NCBI GenBank assembly: GCA_017538005.1
Contig: JAFYJR010000047.1
Location: 1-38,525 of the forward strand
Reading direction: 5' to 3'
Origin: Clostridia bacterium
GTDB taxonomy: Bacteria; Bacillota; Clostridia; Oscillospirales; Acutalibacteraceae
Length of the DNA stretch: 38,525 nt
Every line of letters begins with the position of its first letter. The stretch's first letter is position 1. Of the stretch, positions 20,282 to 28,192 are shown piece by piece. Under the pieces are notes generated by a model that made no database searches, had not been told where the DNA came from, and worked only from the letters and a program-made list of their open reading frames with translations. Position numbers and translations under genes: made by a program.

Positions 20282-21877
20282 TTATTTGTAGAATGCCATG
20301 ACGGTGCCCGACGGACGAACAGTTACGTCGGACGCCGTTTCATTTTTGACGATGCAGGAGTCGACGCTTATCGTGGGTATGATGTAGGCGTTGTCGAGAA
20401 TATAGGTCTCGCAGTTTACGAGCGCCTCGGTCAGCTGGTCCTTGTTCTCAGCGCCGAAGGTGAGACTTACGAGCCTGTCATACTCGGGGTTTTTCAGGTT
20501 GATTATATTGTTTGTCGAATTTGAAGTGAAGTTCTTCAGGTATTCGCCCGCGAGAAAGTCCGAAGTGACTATCGTGGTGTAGGCAATGTCGTAGTTGCCC
20601 TTGTTTACCGCGGCGTCAAGTTCTGCCTGTGTGGGATAGGGTTCTATGGTAAGAGTCATCGCTACACCGAAGGTTTTCTGCCAACCCTGGATTATTGTCT
20701 TGACGGCATCCATGTCTTCCTCAAGGCATGCGAGAGTGATATCAAGAGAAATGTCATCAGGCACTTCCTGTTCCTCGTTTCTTGCTTTGAGAGCTTTATA
20801 AATCTCTTCCGCTTTCGCGGGATCATATTCCGGCGCGCGAAGGACATTCGCGTTTGCGCGGTAGGAGATGCCGGCCTGGAGGAGGCAGGCGGAAGGTATC
20901 AGGCCTTCGGCCCTTGATATGCCTTTGCCGACGAGGGCCTCGACATCTGTCGAGTGCGCAAACGCCACTCTAATGCTCTTGTAGGTATAGAGCTTTTCAT
21001 TTGCACAGTTGAAGCAGAAAGCTTTGATTGAATTCTTGTAATGTGTTGTCGTGTAGTCCTTGCCGATATCTTTCGCCTCTGCGGCAGAAACGGCTTTTAT
21101 GCTGAAGTTGCGTTCGACATCTTCAGAGGGGACGAAGAGCCTTACGGTTTCGGTAAGAGCTTTGAACGCGCCTTTGTAGTTCGGATTTTTCTTTAAAGTT
21201 ACTGCGCCTATGTCCTCGTCAAAGAGTCCGAGATAGTATGGACCGTTTGAGAGGATGAGACTTGTTGACAGACCATACCTTCCCTGTGTCTCGTTGAAGA
21301 AGACTTCCTTGCAGGGCATACATACCGGAAGCGCGAGAGCTGTCAGGAGACTTTCGTCGGGTTTCTTCAGTTCTATGACGAGTGTCACATCGTTCGTGGC
21401 ATAGGCGCGGTCTACGGCATCGAGCATATAGGCATAGGGTGCTTCGGTAATTTCATCCAGGGCGCGCATTATGCCGAAGGCGTAGTCTTCAGCAGTGACG
21501 CGGGTATCGAGGGCTTTGACGAAGTCCTCTCCGAGGGCTTCCTTCGCGCTCTTCGGGACATACCACTGAGCATCGTCGCGCAGGGCGAAAGTATATGTCA
21601 GACCGTCAGCCGAGACAGACCAGGCCTGCGCGGCGGCCTTCTGGATATTTCCTTCCGCGTCGATTCGGACGAGGCCTTCGAAACAGTTGTTGAGTATGGT
21701 TTCAAGATCCGTACCTACGGCTATCTGGGGGTCATAGCAGTTAGGGACGGATTTTATCTGGGCAACGATTGCAGTGGATTTGTTCTTTTTGCAACCGGTG
21801 AAATTTAAAATCATTATGAGGCAGAGGAAGAGTATAAGTCCGGATTTTCGGACACTGTGTTGTGTTATAATAACCAT
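20282..21877 (-). CDS. ABC transporter substrate-binding lipoprotein, family 5 (peptide/nickel/oligosaccharide type), orphan
   Basis: 531 aa. Signal peptide with lipobox LNFTGC. Family-5 features such as LKKNPNYKG. No permease or ATPase genes adjacent. Confidence 0.75.
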   Translation of the reverse strand: MVIITQHSVRKSGLILFLCLIMILNFTGCKKNKSTAIVAQIKSVPNCYDPQIAVGTDLETILNNCFEGLVRIDAEGNIQKAAAQAWSVSADGLTYTFALRDDAQWYVPKSAKEALGEDFVKALDTRVTAEDYAFGIMRALDEITEAPYAYMLDAVDRAYATNDVTLVIELKKPDESLLTALALPVCMPCKEVFFNETQGRYGLSTSLILSNGPYYLGLFDEDIGAVTLKKNPNYKGAFKALTETVRLFVPSEDVERNFSIKAVSAAEAKDIGKDYTTTHYKNSIKAFCFNCANEKLYTYKSIRVAFAHSTDVEALVGKGISRAEGLIPSACLLQAGISYRANANVLRAPEYDPAKAEEIYKALKARNEEQEVPDDISLDITLACLEEDMDAVKTIIQGWQKTFGVAMTLTIEPYPTQAELDAAVNKGNYDIAYTTIVTSDFLAGEYLKNFTSNSTNNIINLKNPEYDRLVSLTFGAENKDQLTEALVNCETYILDNAYIIPTISVDSCIVKNETASDVTVRPSGTVMAFYK

Positions 21878-21891
21878 GCCTCCTTTTTGTT

Positions 21892-21920
21892 TTTACATAT
21901 TTTATCATATATGCTAAAAT
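21892..21920 (+). promoter_or_regulatory. Promoter of rmuC (extended -10)
   Basis: -35 TTTACA (21892-21897), 17-nt spacer, TGcTAAAAT (21912-21920), 27 nt before ATG 21947. On the opposite strand TGaTAAAAT (complement of 21899-21907) could serve the divergent SBP gene. Confidence 0.5.
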
Positions 21921-21946
21921 AAATCCATCAAAGAAAGGGTGTTTTC

Positions 21947-23182
21947 ATGAATACGACGCTGATAACAATATTGCTTGTACTTATAGCAATTTTACTTATA
22001 GTATGCATAGTTCTGCTTATTCTGAACAGGAAGAAAATCGGCGAGATAGATCAGATTGACCAGGCCGCCGCCTTCCGTTCCGTCGAGGATAAAATACGCG
22101 ACGTCGGACGCGTCACATCCGAAGAATTCCACCGTTCGCGCGTGGAGGCCGCGGGCAACAAGGACGCGGTTGTAAAGCAGATTGCCGAGCTTCAGGAGAA
22201 GAATCTTGAGAGTCAGATGAATCTCGGTGACCGCATAAACCGTTCCCTCGGAGAGATAAGAGAGGGCAATGAGAAAAAGCTCGACGAGATGCGCCAGACA
22301 GTCGATGAAAAGCTGACAAAGACTTTAACCACGCGCCTTGACAGTTCATTCAAGACGGTTTCAGACCAGCTTGAAAATCTCTATAAGTCTCTCGGTGAGA
22401 TGAAGGAACTCTCTGCCGGTGTCACGACAAATGTCTCAAGTCTCAACCGTATCCTGACAAACGTCAAGGCCCGCGGAACCTGGGCAGAGGTCCAGCTCGA
22501 GTCCATACTCGATCAGACGATTCCCGGCATGTACGAGAAAAATGTCGCGACAAAACCCGGGTCGCTCGCCCGCGTGGAATTTGCCGTAAAGATACCCTCA
22601 GGTGAGGATTCCTCGAAGTTCGCGTACCTTCCCATCGACAGCAAATTCCCAATGGAAGATTACGCCCGTCTCTGCGAGGCGGCCGACGCGGCCGATGCCC
22701 CCGCGCTTGAGGCGGCCCGCAAGGCACTTGAAACCCGCGTGAAGGACGAGGCGAAACAGATAAACGCGTACATAAATGAACCCCTGACCACGCCGTTTGC
22801 CATTATGTACCTGGCTACCGAAGGCCTTTACGCCGAAGTCACTTCCTCAAAGAACGGACTTGCCGAAGAGATTCAGTCCAAGTACGGAATTATGGTGGCC
22901 GGTCCCACGACGATTACCGCTCTTTTAAACTCGCTTGCCATGGGCTTCCGCGCAATTGCCATAAATGAAAAAGCAAATGAAGTAAGAGAACTTCTCTCGG
23001 TCACAAAAGTCCAGTACGGAAAGTTTGAGGAGATTCTCGCCAAAGCGCAGAGCAAGATTACTGATGCCGGCAAGGCCCTCGGCGAGGCTCAGCACAGAAA
23101 TGAGATCATAAACAAAAAACTGAAAAATGTTGACGCTATCGATATGGGTGAGGCAGACGCCCTCCTGCAGATAGAAGAATAA
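21947..23182 (+). CDS. rmuC: DNA recombination protein RmuC
   Basis: 411 aa. N-terminal TM helix, long coiled-coil, C-terminal RmuC nuclease-like region (ARVEFAVKIP...YLPIDSKFPMEDY...MYLATEGLYAEV). Confidence 0.85.
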   Translation: MNTTLITILLVLIAILLIVCIVLLILNRKKIGEIDQIDQAAAFRSVEDKIRDVGRVTSEEFHRSRVEAAGNKDAVVKQIAELQEKNLESQMNLGDRINRSLGEIREGNEKKLDEMRQTVDEKLTKTLTTRLDSSFKTVSDQLENLYKSLGEMKELSAGVTTNVSSLNRILTNVKARGTWAEVQLESILDQTIPGMYEKNVATKPGSLARVEFAVKIPSGEDSSKFAYLPIDSKFPMEDYARLCEAADAADAPALEAARKALETRVKDEAKQINAYINEPLTTPFAIMYLATEGLYAEVTSSKNGLAEEIQSKYGIMVAGPTTITALLNSLAMGFRAIAINEKANEVRELLSVTKVQYGKFEEILAKAQSKITDAGKALGEAQHRNEIINKKLKNVDAIDMGEADALLQIEE

Positions 23183-23186
23183 AAAC

Positions 23187-23212
23187 GAGCCCTCGTCGGA
23201 GGGCTCTTTTTC
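23187..23212 (+). terminator. Rho-independent terminator after rmuC
   Basis: GAGCCCTC (23187-23194) / GAGGGCTC (23199-23206), loop GTCG, then TTTTTCTT. Confidence 0.8.
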
Positions 23213-23241
23213 TTGCAAGTATACTATTTAATGTGTATAAT
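23213..23241 (+). promoter_or_regulatory. Promoter of the GH3 gene
   Basis: -35 TTGCAA (23213-23218), 17-nt spacer, -10 TATAAT (23236-23241). Confidence 0.55.
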
Positions 23242-23278
23242 TTTTGTGTATGTTATTTTTCATTCGAGGAGAATGTTT

Positions 23279-25735
23279 ATGGATTATTACGAGATAGTAA
23301 AACACATGTCTCTCAGGGAACAGGCCCGCCTTGTAACAGGCGCGGATTTCTGGCACACATGGGCGCCGCTCAAGTACGGTATGCCCTCTGTCATGATGAG
23401 CGACGGCCCCAACGGTCTTCGCAAACAGGTTAAGGGAAAGACCATAACTTCCGTATGTTTCCCGTCCGTGACCGCGCTTGCGGCGTCATGGGACCGCAGT
23501 GTGCTCGCACAGGTAGGCGGCGCACTCGCTGATGACTGTAAAGCAAACCGCGTTTCTGTTCTTCTGGGCCCCGGCATAAATATTAAACGTTCACCTCTCT
23601 GCGGCAGAAACTTTGAGTATTATTCAGAGGATCCGGTACTTGCCGGTGAACTTGCCGCGTCTTACATCAATGCGGTTCAGGAAAAAGGTGTCGGCACATC
23701 CCTCAAGCACTTTGCCGCGAACAGCACAGAGAAGCGTCGTATGGTCTCAAACTCCCTTGTCGATGACCGCGCGCTTCGCGAGATTTATCTTCGCGGATTT
23801 GAGATAGCCGTAAAGAAGGCACAGCCCTGGACTGTCATGATGGCCTACAACAAACTGAACGGTACTTACTGCACCGAGAACATGTGGCTTATGGAACATG
23901 TCCTTCGCGGCGAGTGGGGCTTCAAGGGCCTCACCGTATCCGACTGGATGGCAGTTGATGACAGAGTCAAGAGTATTGAAAACGGACTTGATCTTGAGAT
24001 GCCCGGTACGGGATACGCAAATGTCCGCAAGATTGCCAAGGCATACAGACAGGGCAAGTTTGACCTGTCAAACTTAAATGTCGCCGCGTCAAAGATCGCC
24101 GAGCTCGTCACCAAGTCGGAACCGCTGCTGCGCGTTCCGGCGCCTGCACGCAACCTTGATGGCAATCATGAAGTCGCGCGCATTACTGCGGAGCAGTGCC
24201 CTGTCCTGTTGAAGAACAACGGCGCTCTTCCCATAATGCCGGGACAGACCATTGCCATTATCGGTCAGCGCGCAGATAAAATCATGTACCAGGGCGCAGG
24301 CAGCGCCGGCATAAACTCATACAAAGTTGTAAGTGTTATTGACGCTTTCAAAGCCGCGAACACACCGTATGTTTACGCGCAGGGATATGATATCAACATG
24401 CCCGCGGTAATCAATTCCAGATTCATCAATGAGGCGGTTGCCGCAGCCAAAGTCGTAACCACTCCGCTTGTCTTTGTAAGCTGTGACGAGATAGACGCGA
24501 CTGAAGGCGCTGACAGAGTCAGCATGGGTATACCGAAGTCACAGGTTGCCCTTATCGAAGCGGTCTGCAACGCAAACCCGAACACAGCGGTAATTCTCAC
24601 ATCGGGCAGCTGCGTTGAGATGCCGTGGGTAAACCTCCCCTCGGCAATCCTTCAGACCTATCTCCTCGGCGAGGCCCAGGGTACTGCTGTTCATGATATC
24701 ATCATGGGCAGAGTTTCACCGAGCGGAAAACTTCCCGAGACTTATCCGGTTCGCTTCGAGGATACGCCGTGTCCGGAAAACTACCAGACACAGGATGACA
24801 ACAACCTCATCTACAAAGAGAGTATCTACGTCGGATACCGTTACTACGAGAAGGCAAATGTTCCGGTACTTTTCCCCTTCGGACACGGCCTCTCATACAC
24901 GAGCTTCAGCTATTCGGACCTCGCGCTTTCGGCAAAGCGCATGACGCCGAACGATACGCTTACGCTTTCTTTCAACATTACAAACAACGGCGGCTATGCC
25001 GCTGCCGAGACAGCTCAGGTATATGTCGGTCTCAAGGACTCGCTCGTATACAGAGCAAAGAAGGAACTCAAGGAATTCGCGAAAGTATTCGTAAATCCCG
25101 GTCAGACCCAAACGGTGACTGTTGAACTCGACAGAAGCGCATTCGAGTACTATTCACCGACTCTTAAAGCCTGGGTTGTCGAACCCGGTGATTATGATAT
25201 TTATATCGGATCTTCTTCCGCCGATATTCGTCTTACGGCAATTGTCGAGATGGATTCAAGAGAAAACTCCGGTGAGATTAACTACGCCGAGGCAACCCCG
25301 AGGTACTGGAACGCCGACATAAAGAATGTCGACGAAGAGGACTTTGTGGACATCTTCGGTTCTTATCCTTCCGAGTTTGTACCGAAGAGGACGGACGACC
25401 GTGTGACGAGAGACAACTGTCTTGACGAACTTAAAGATCAGAAGAATGCCAAGAAGATTATCGGTCTTATGGAAACTGTTATCGGTACGGTTTGTCCGGA
25501 TCCGGCCCAGTATGCCATTATTTATAATTCGATAGCGACAATTCCGCTCAAGAGATTTACAGGTATCTCTCTCGGTGCTCTCTCTGACGCGACAATTGAC
25601 GGATTTGTTCACTACTTCAACACGGGTTCAGTCGCTGATATGCTCAAGGTTATCTCTTTCGGTATCCCTGATACGGCGCTCAACCTCATTGATCCGCTCG
25701 CAAGAAAGATAGCCGACAAGATGTCTACAAAATAA
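23279..25735 (+). CDS. Glycoside hydrolase family 3 beta-glucosidase/beta-xylosidase-like enzyme
   Basis: MSDGPNGLRKQ, KHFAANS.E..R and the nucleophile motif GFKGLTVSDWMA. Fn3-like domain (FPFGHGLSYTSFSYSDL). ATG 23279 is chosen because GAGGAG sits 7 nt upstream. The track start 23213 lies in the promoter. Confidence 0.88.
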   Translation: MDYYEIVKHMSLREQARLVTGADFWHTWAPLKYGMPSVMMSDGPNGLRKQVKGKTITSVCFPSVTALAASWDRSVLAQVGGALADDCKANRVSVLLGPGINIKRSPLCGRNFEYYSEDPVLAGELAASYINAVQEKGVGTSLKHFAANSTEKRRMVSNSLVDDRALREIYLRGFEIAVKKAQPWTVMMAYNKLNGTYCTENMWLMEHVLRGEWGFKGLTVSDWMAVDDRVKSIENGLDLEMPGTGYANVRKIAKAYRQGKFDLSNLNVAASKIAELVTKSEPLLRVPAPARNLDGNHEVARITAEQCPVLLKNNGALPIMPGQTIAIIGQRADKIMYQGAGSAGINSYKVVSVIDAFKAANTPYVYAQGYDINMPAVINSRFINEAVAAAKVVTTPLVFVSCDEIDATEGADRVSMGIPKSQVALIEAVCNANPNTAVILTSGSCVEMPWVNLPSAILQTYLLGEAQGTAVHDIIMGRVSPSGKLPETYPVRFEDTPCPENYQTQDDNNLIYKESIYVGYRYYEKANVPVLFPFGHGLSYTSFSYSDLALSAKRMTPNDTLTLSFNITNNGGYAAAETAQVYVGLKDSLVYRAKKELKEFAKVFVNPGQTQTVTVELDRSAFEYYSPTLKAWVVEPGDYDIYIGSSSADIRLTAIVEMDSRENSGEINYAEATPRYWNADIKNVDEEDFVDIFGSYPSEFVPKRTDDRVTRDNCLDELKDQKNAKKIIGLMETVIGTVCPDPAQYAIIYNSIATIPLKRFTGISLGALSDATIDGFVHYFNTGSVADMLKVISFGIPDTALNLIDPLARKIADKMSTK

Positions 25736-25750
25736 GACAAAAAAATAAAA

Positions 25751-25778
25751 CCCGCTCCGTTTTGGAGCGGGTTTTTTG
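25751..25778. terminator. Bidirectional rho-independent terminator between convergent genes
   Basis: CCCGCTCC (25751-25758) / GGAGCGGG (25764-25771), flanked by AAAAATAAAA upstream and TTTTTTG downstream. Confidence 0.85.
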
Positions 25779-25786
25779 TATTTGTT

Positions 25787-26998
25787 TTATTCGTCCAGTG
25801 CGTAAGCTGCCTCGAGAACTATCTTCATTGCGCTTTCAATCGCTTTTACATTTATGTTCTCTTCGTTGTCCATCTCCGTGCTGAAGTAGGCCGGATAGGT
25901 TTCTCCGAGGCTTGTTACGGTTGCGCAGGAATACTTGTTCTTTTTGAAAATTCTCATTGAACCGTTCTTTTTAATATACTTGGGAACAGTACTGAGAATT
26001 GTTACTTCCGCGTTTGAGGCGGCCGTGGCCAAAGCGTCGGTTGTGCCCTTGCCGGACGACAGCACGGTTATTGTGTCAGCGTTGAAAATTGAGTCAAGTG
26101 AAATGACTGTCGTCGCAACCGCCGCATCGTCTTCGGCATGGAATCTGCAATAGTCCCTGGCGCCCGCGCAGTCCGCGTTTTTGGCGCCTGTCAGGAGAAC
26201 ACAGAGCTCTGTGTTCTTCAGGCGCAGATCCATCTCGGACATATAGCGGAGGGCGCCTGCAGCTGTGTAACATCCTACAAGGTTATCCACAACACCGGGG
26301 AAGGAGGCACCTGCCTTGACGCTTCTTGAGAGCGCGAGGGGAATGAAGGCGAAGAGCGCAAGCGGAAAACTTATGTAGATAAACAACTTTGAAGCAAAGA
26401 ACTCAAGCTGGTCTTTCAGAATGAGAAAAGCAACAATGTCGAATACAAAGTATAATATGATGCCTATGAGTGTTATTGTCTTCAGAAGAACGACTTTTTT
26501 CGGGCTGAGATTACGCCTGAAAGGTGCATCGAGGTTTGCCTCTATTATTACACGCTTTTTTGCATCGCCTTCAGGCTTTCTTACGGCGTAGATATTCTGA
26601 CCGTCAACATTCTTTGAGGTTCCGCCGAAGACGCCGAAGAAACCGAGAAGAGAGAGGAAGGCCAGAACAAGGGCGACTATAAGGAGAACCTTTGAATAGT
26701 CGGGGAACATGCACGCGCAGATGGCTGCGGCGGCTGAAAGAATCATAAATATGAAGATGAGAAGATTTGAGAGGATGTAGGCTGCGCGGTCAGCGGAGAA
26801 GTTTTCCTCGTTTACCGTGTCACAGAAACCGGTGAGATCCTCTTTCAGTGTGTCCGCAAGTAATTTCTCATCAGGTCCGCAGGCCTGTCTTTTTGAGTTG
26901 TTGCCGGAAGTCGCGAAATTTTTCGCGGTTCTGGCGGCGTAGTTGCAGCATTCACGAAGTTTGCCCTCGTAGCGCTCGCTTGTTTCGGATGCTTTCAT
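25787..26998 (-). CDS. Multi-pass membrane protein resembling an M28-family metallopeptidase with degenerate active site
   Basis: 403 aa with own SD (GGAGG) 17 nt after the thiF-like stop. Four hydrophobic helices form two hairpins. The soluble segments follow the M28 motif order by eye: NIYAV...VIIEANLDA (cf GAHLDS), PGVVDNLVG (cf GAxDNASG), LLTGAKNADCAG (cf AEExGLxGS), ISLDS, YFSTEMD (cf YHTxxD). Confidence 0.55.
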   Translation of the reverse strand: MKASETSERYEGKLRECCNYAARTAKNFATSGNNSKRQACGPDEKLLADTLKEDLTGFCDTVNEENFSADRAAYILSNLLIFIFMILSAAAAICACMFPDYSKVLLIVALVLAFLSLLGFFGVFGGTSKNVDGQNIYAVRKPEGDAKKRVIIEANLDAPFRRNLSPKKVVLLKTITLIGIILYFVFDIVAFLILKDQLEFFASKLFIYISFPLALFAFIPLALSRSVKAGASFPGVVDNLVGCYTAAGALRYMSEMDLRLKNTELCVLLTGAKNADCAGARDYCRFHAEDDAAVATTVISLDSIFNADTITVLSSGKGTTDALATAASNAEVTILSTVPKYIKKNGSMRIFKKNKYSCATVTSLGETYPAYFSTEMDNEENINVKAIESAMKIVLEAAYALDE

Positions 26999-27015
26999 GA
27001 TAAAATACCTCCGGT

Positions 27016-27741
27016 TTATTTATGTTTTCCGCCGCAGACGGGACAGCCTTTTTTGAATTCCAGGGGAAGCTGTTCGAACTCCGCGAGCAGAGCATTGTAG
27101 TATAGAAGCTTGCCGGCAAGGGGTACTTCAAGACCCAGGAGATACTGGATTACCGAAGTGGCTTCGATGGAAGCTATGGTGCCGACTACGGATGAGAGGG
27201 AGCTGAATTTTTCTATGGGCGGCAGCTCCGTGCCGTAGAGACAGGCAAGGCAGGGTGTCTTGCCGGGTTCGATAAATACGGAGGTGCCGATAAATCCGTT
27301 GATTCCTCCGTCAACGAACGGCTTTTTAAGCTGCACGCAGGCCTCGTTGACTATCATTCTCGCCTGGACGCTGTCAACCGCGAGGGCGACGAGATCGTAT
27401 TGGCTGATAAGGTCTATGGCGTTGTCCGTTGAGATAGCCGTCGCGAGCGGAATAATCTGAATTCCGCTGTTGAACTGACGAAGTTTTTCCGCCGCGGACA
27501 CAACTTTGAGACCGCCTATGTCCTTCTCAAAGTGAATGAACTGGCGGTTGAGATTTGAGATATTTACAATATCGTTGTCGGCGATGCCTATGGTGCCCAC
27601 ACCTGCAGCCGCAAGGTGATAGAGAAGTGTGGTGCCGAGGCCTCCCGCTCCGATTACCAGAACACTTGCGTCTTCGAGTTTCTGCTGGCCGTCCTCGCCG
27701 AACTCCGGTATCATAATCTGTCGTGAATATCTGTCTGACAT
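27016..27741 (-). CDS. ThiF/MoeB/HesA-family E1-like adenylyltransferase
   Basis: RYSRQIMIPEFGEDGQQKL, Rossmann VLVIGAGGLGT, NLNRQ, and zinc CxxC pairs CLAC and CPVC. ATG 27741 (GGAGG 8 nt upstream) is preferred over the track's TTG at 27756. Confidence 0.88.
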   Translation of the reverse strand: MSDRYSRQIMIPEFGEDGQQKLEDASVLVIGAGGLGTTLLYHLAAAGVGTIGIADNDIVNISNLNRQFIHFEKDIGGLKVVSAAEKLRQFNSGIQIIPLATAISTDNAIDLISQYDLVALAVDSVQARMIVNEACVQLKKPFVDGGINGFIGTSVFIEPGKTPCLACLYGTELPPIEKFSSLSSVVGTIASIEATSVIQYLLGLEVPLAGKLLYYNALLAEFEQLPLEFKKGCPVCGGKHK

Positions 27742-27781
27742 TTGCCTGTCCTCCAAGGGAATTCCGTAAATAACAATGCCT

Positions 27782-27810
27782 ATTATAGCAATGCACCTAT
27801 TTAATGTCCA
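27782..27810 (-). promoter_or_regulatory. Promoter of the thiF-like operon (extended -10)
   Basis: Minus strand reads -35 TGGACA (27810-27805), 17-nt spacer, TGcTATAAT (27790-27782). Confidence 0.55.
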
Positions 27811-27833
27811 TATAAATATTTGACGAACTTTTA

Positions 27834-27862
27834 TTGCTAAAAATGTATATATAAGTTATAAT
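27834..27862 (+). promoter_or_regulatory. Promoter of the moaD-like/aor operon
   Basis: -35 TTGCTA (27834-27839), 17-nt spacer, -10 TATAAT (27857-27862). Back-to-back with the thiF-like promoter. Confidence 0.55.
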
Positions 27863-27908
27863 AATATGACTACATATGTCCATTAAATTTCGGAAAAGGA
27901 GCAACACA

Positions 27909-28142
27909 ATGAAAGTTGAATTTCACGGTCCCGGCGTCTGCGATTTCTCAAAGATGAATCCGGACGGAACCATTGATGTCCCGGAGGGAACAACCGTAAA
28001 GCAGTTTATAAAAATAGTGAAACTTCCGATAATATGGACAAAGGTATTTCCTTTTCTTGTAAATTATGAAAAGGTACCTTTGAACACAGTCCTTAAAGAC
28101 GGCGACATAGTAAGCGCATTCTCACCATCCGGTGGTGGTTAA
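27909..28142 (+). CDS. MoaD/ThiS-family ubiquitin-like sulfur-carrier protein (C-terminal GGG)
   Basis: 77 aa. Ends ...VNYEKVPLNTVLKDGDIVSAFSPSGGG-stop, the beta-grasp sulfur-carrier C-terminus. ATG 27909 has AAGGAG 7 nt upstream, whereas the track start 27876 has no SD. Confidence 0.75.
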   Translation: MKVEFHGPGVCDFSKMNPDGTIDVPEGTTVKQFIKIVKLPIIWTKVFPFLVNYEKVPLNTVLKDGDIVSAFSPSGGG

Positions 28143-28192
28143 ATACAGCGAACGATTTAGTTACGAATAAAAAAGAAAGTGGGAGATGAAAC

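Noticed and set aside
21947-23182. rmuC as a marker of a defence or mobile island.
   Set aside because: It is a single housekeeping-type gene with its own promoter and terminator. There are no adjacent restriction, integrase, toxin or repeat features.
23213-23278. N-terminal extensions offered by the ORF track: GH3 at 23213, Ubl at 27876, L24 at 1727, TupA at 11583, thiF-like TTG at 27756, MoaE-like GTG at 15833.
   Set aside because: In each case the upstream start lies inside or abuts the SD or the promoter. A downstream ATG has proper SD spacing and matches the conserved protein N-terminus.
25250-25735. Roughly 150-aa C-terminal extension of the GH3 enzyme after the Fn3-like domain, considered as a possible fused novel domain.
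   Set aside because: It is contiguous in frame with no linker anomaly. C-terminal accessory domains are common in GH3 enzymes, and I cannot see anything distinctive by eye. A domain search would settle it.
27016-28142. E1-like plus GG-terminated Ubl read as a ubiquitin-like conjugation or antiphage (Bil/CBASS-Cap2-type) module.
   Set aside because: No E2-like, JAB/DUB or effector gene is present. The Ubl ends exactly at GGG-stop, so it needs no processing. The pair sits next to a pterin-dependent enzyme while the moa operon lacks moaD and moeB. A sulfur-relay role is far more parsimonious. The residual oddity, the M28-like partner, is kept as a finding.
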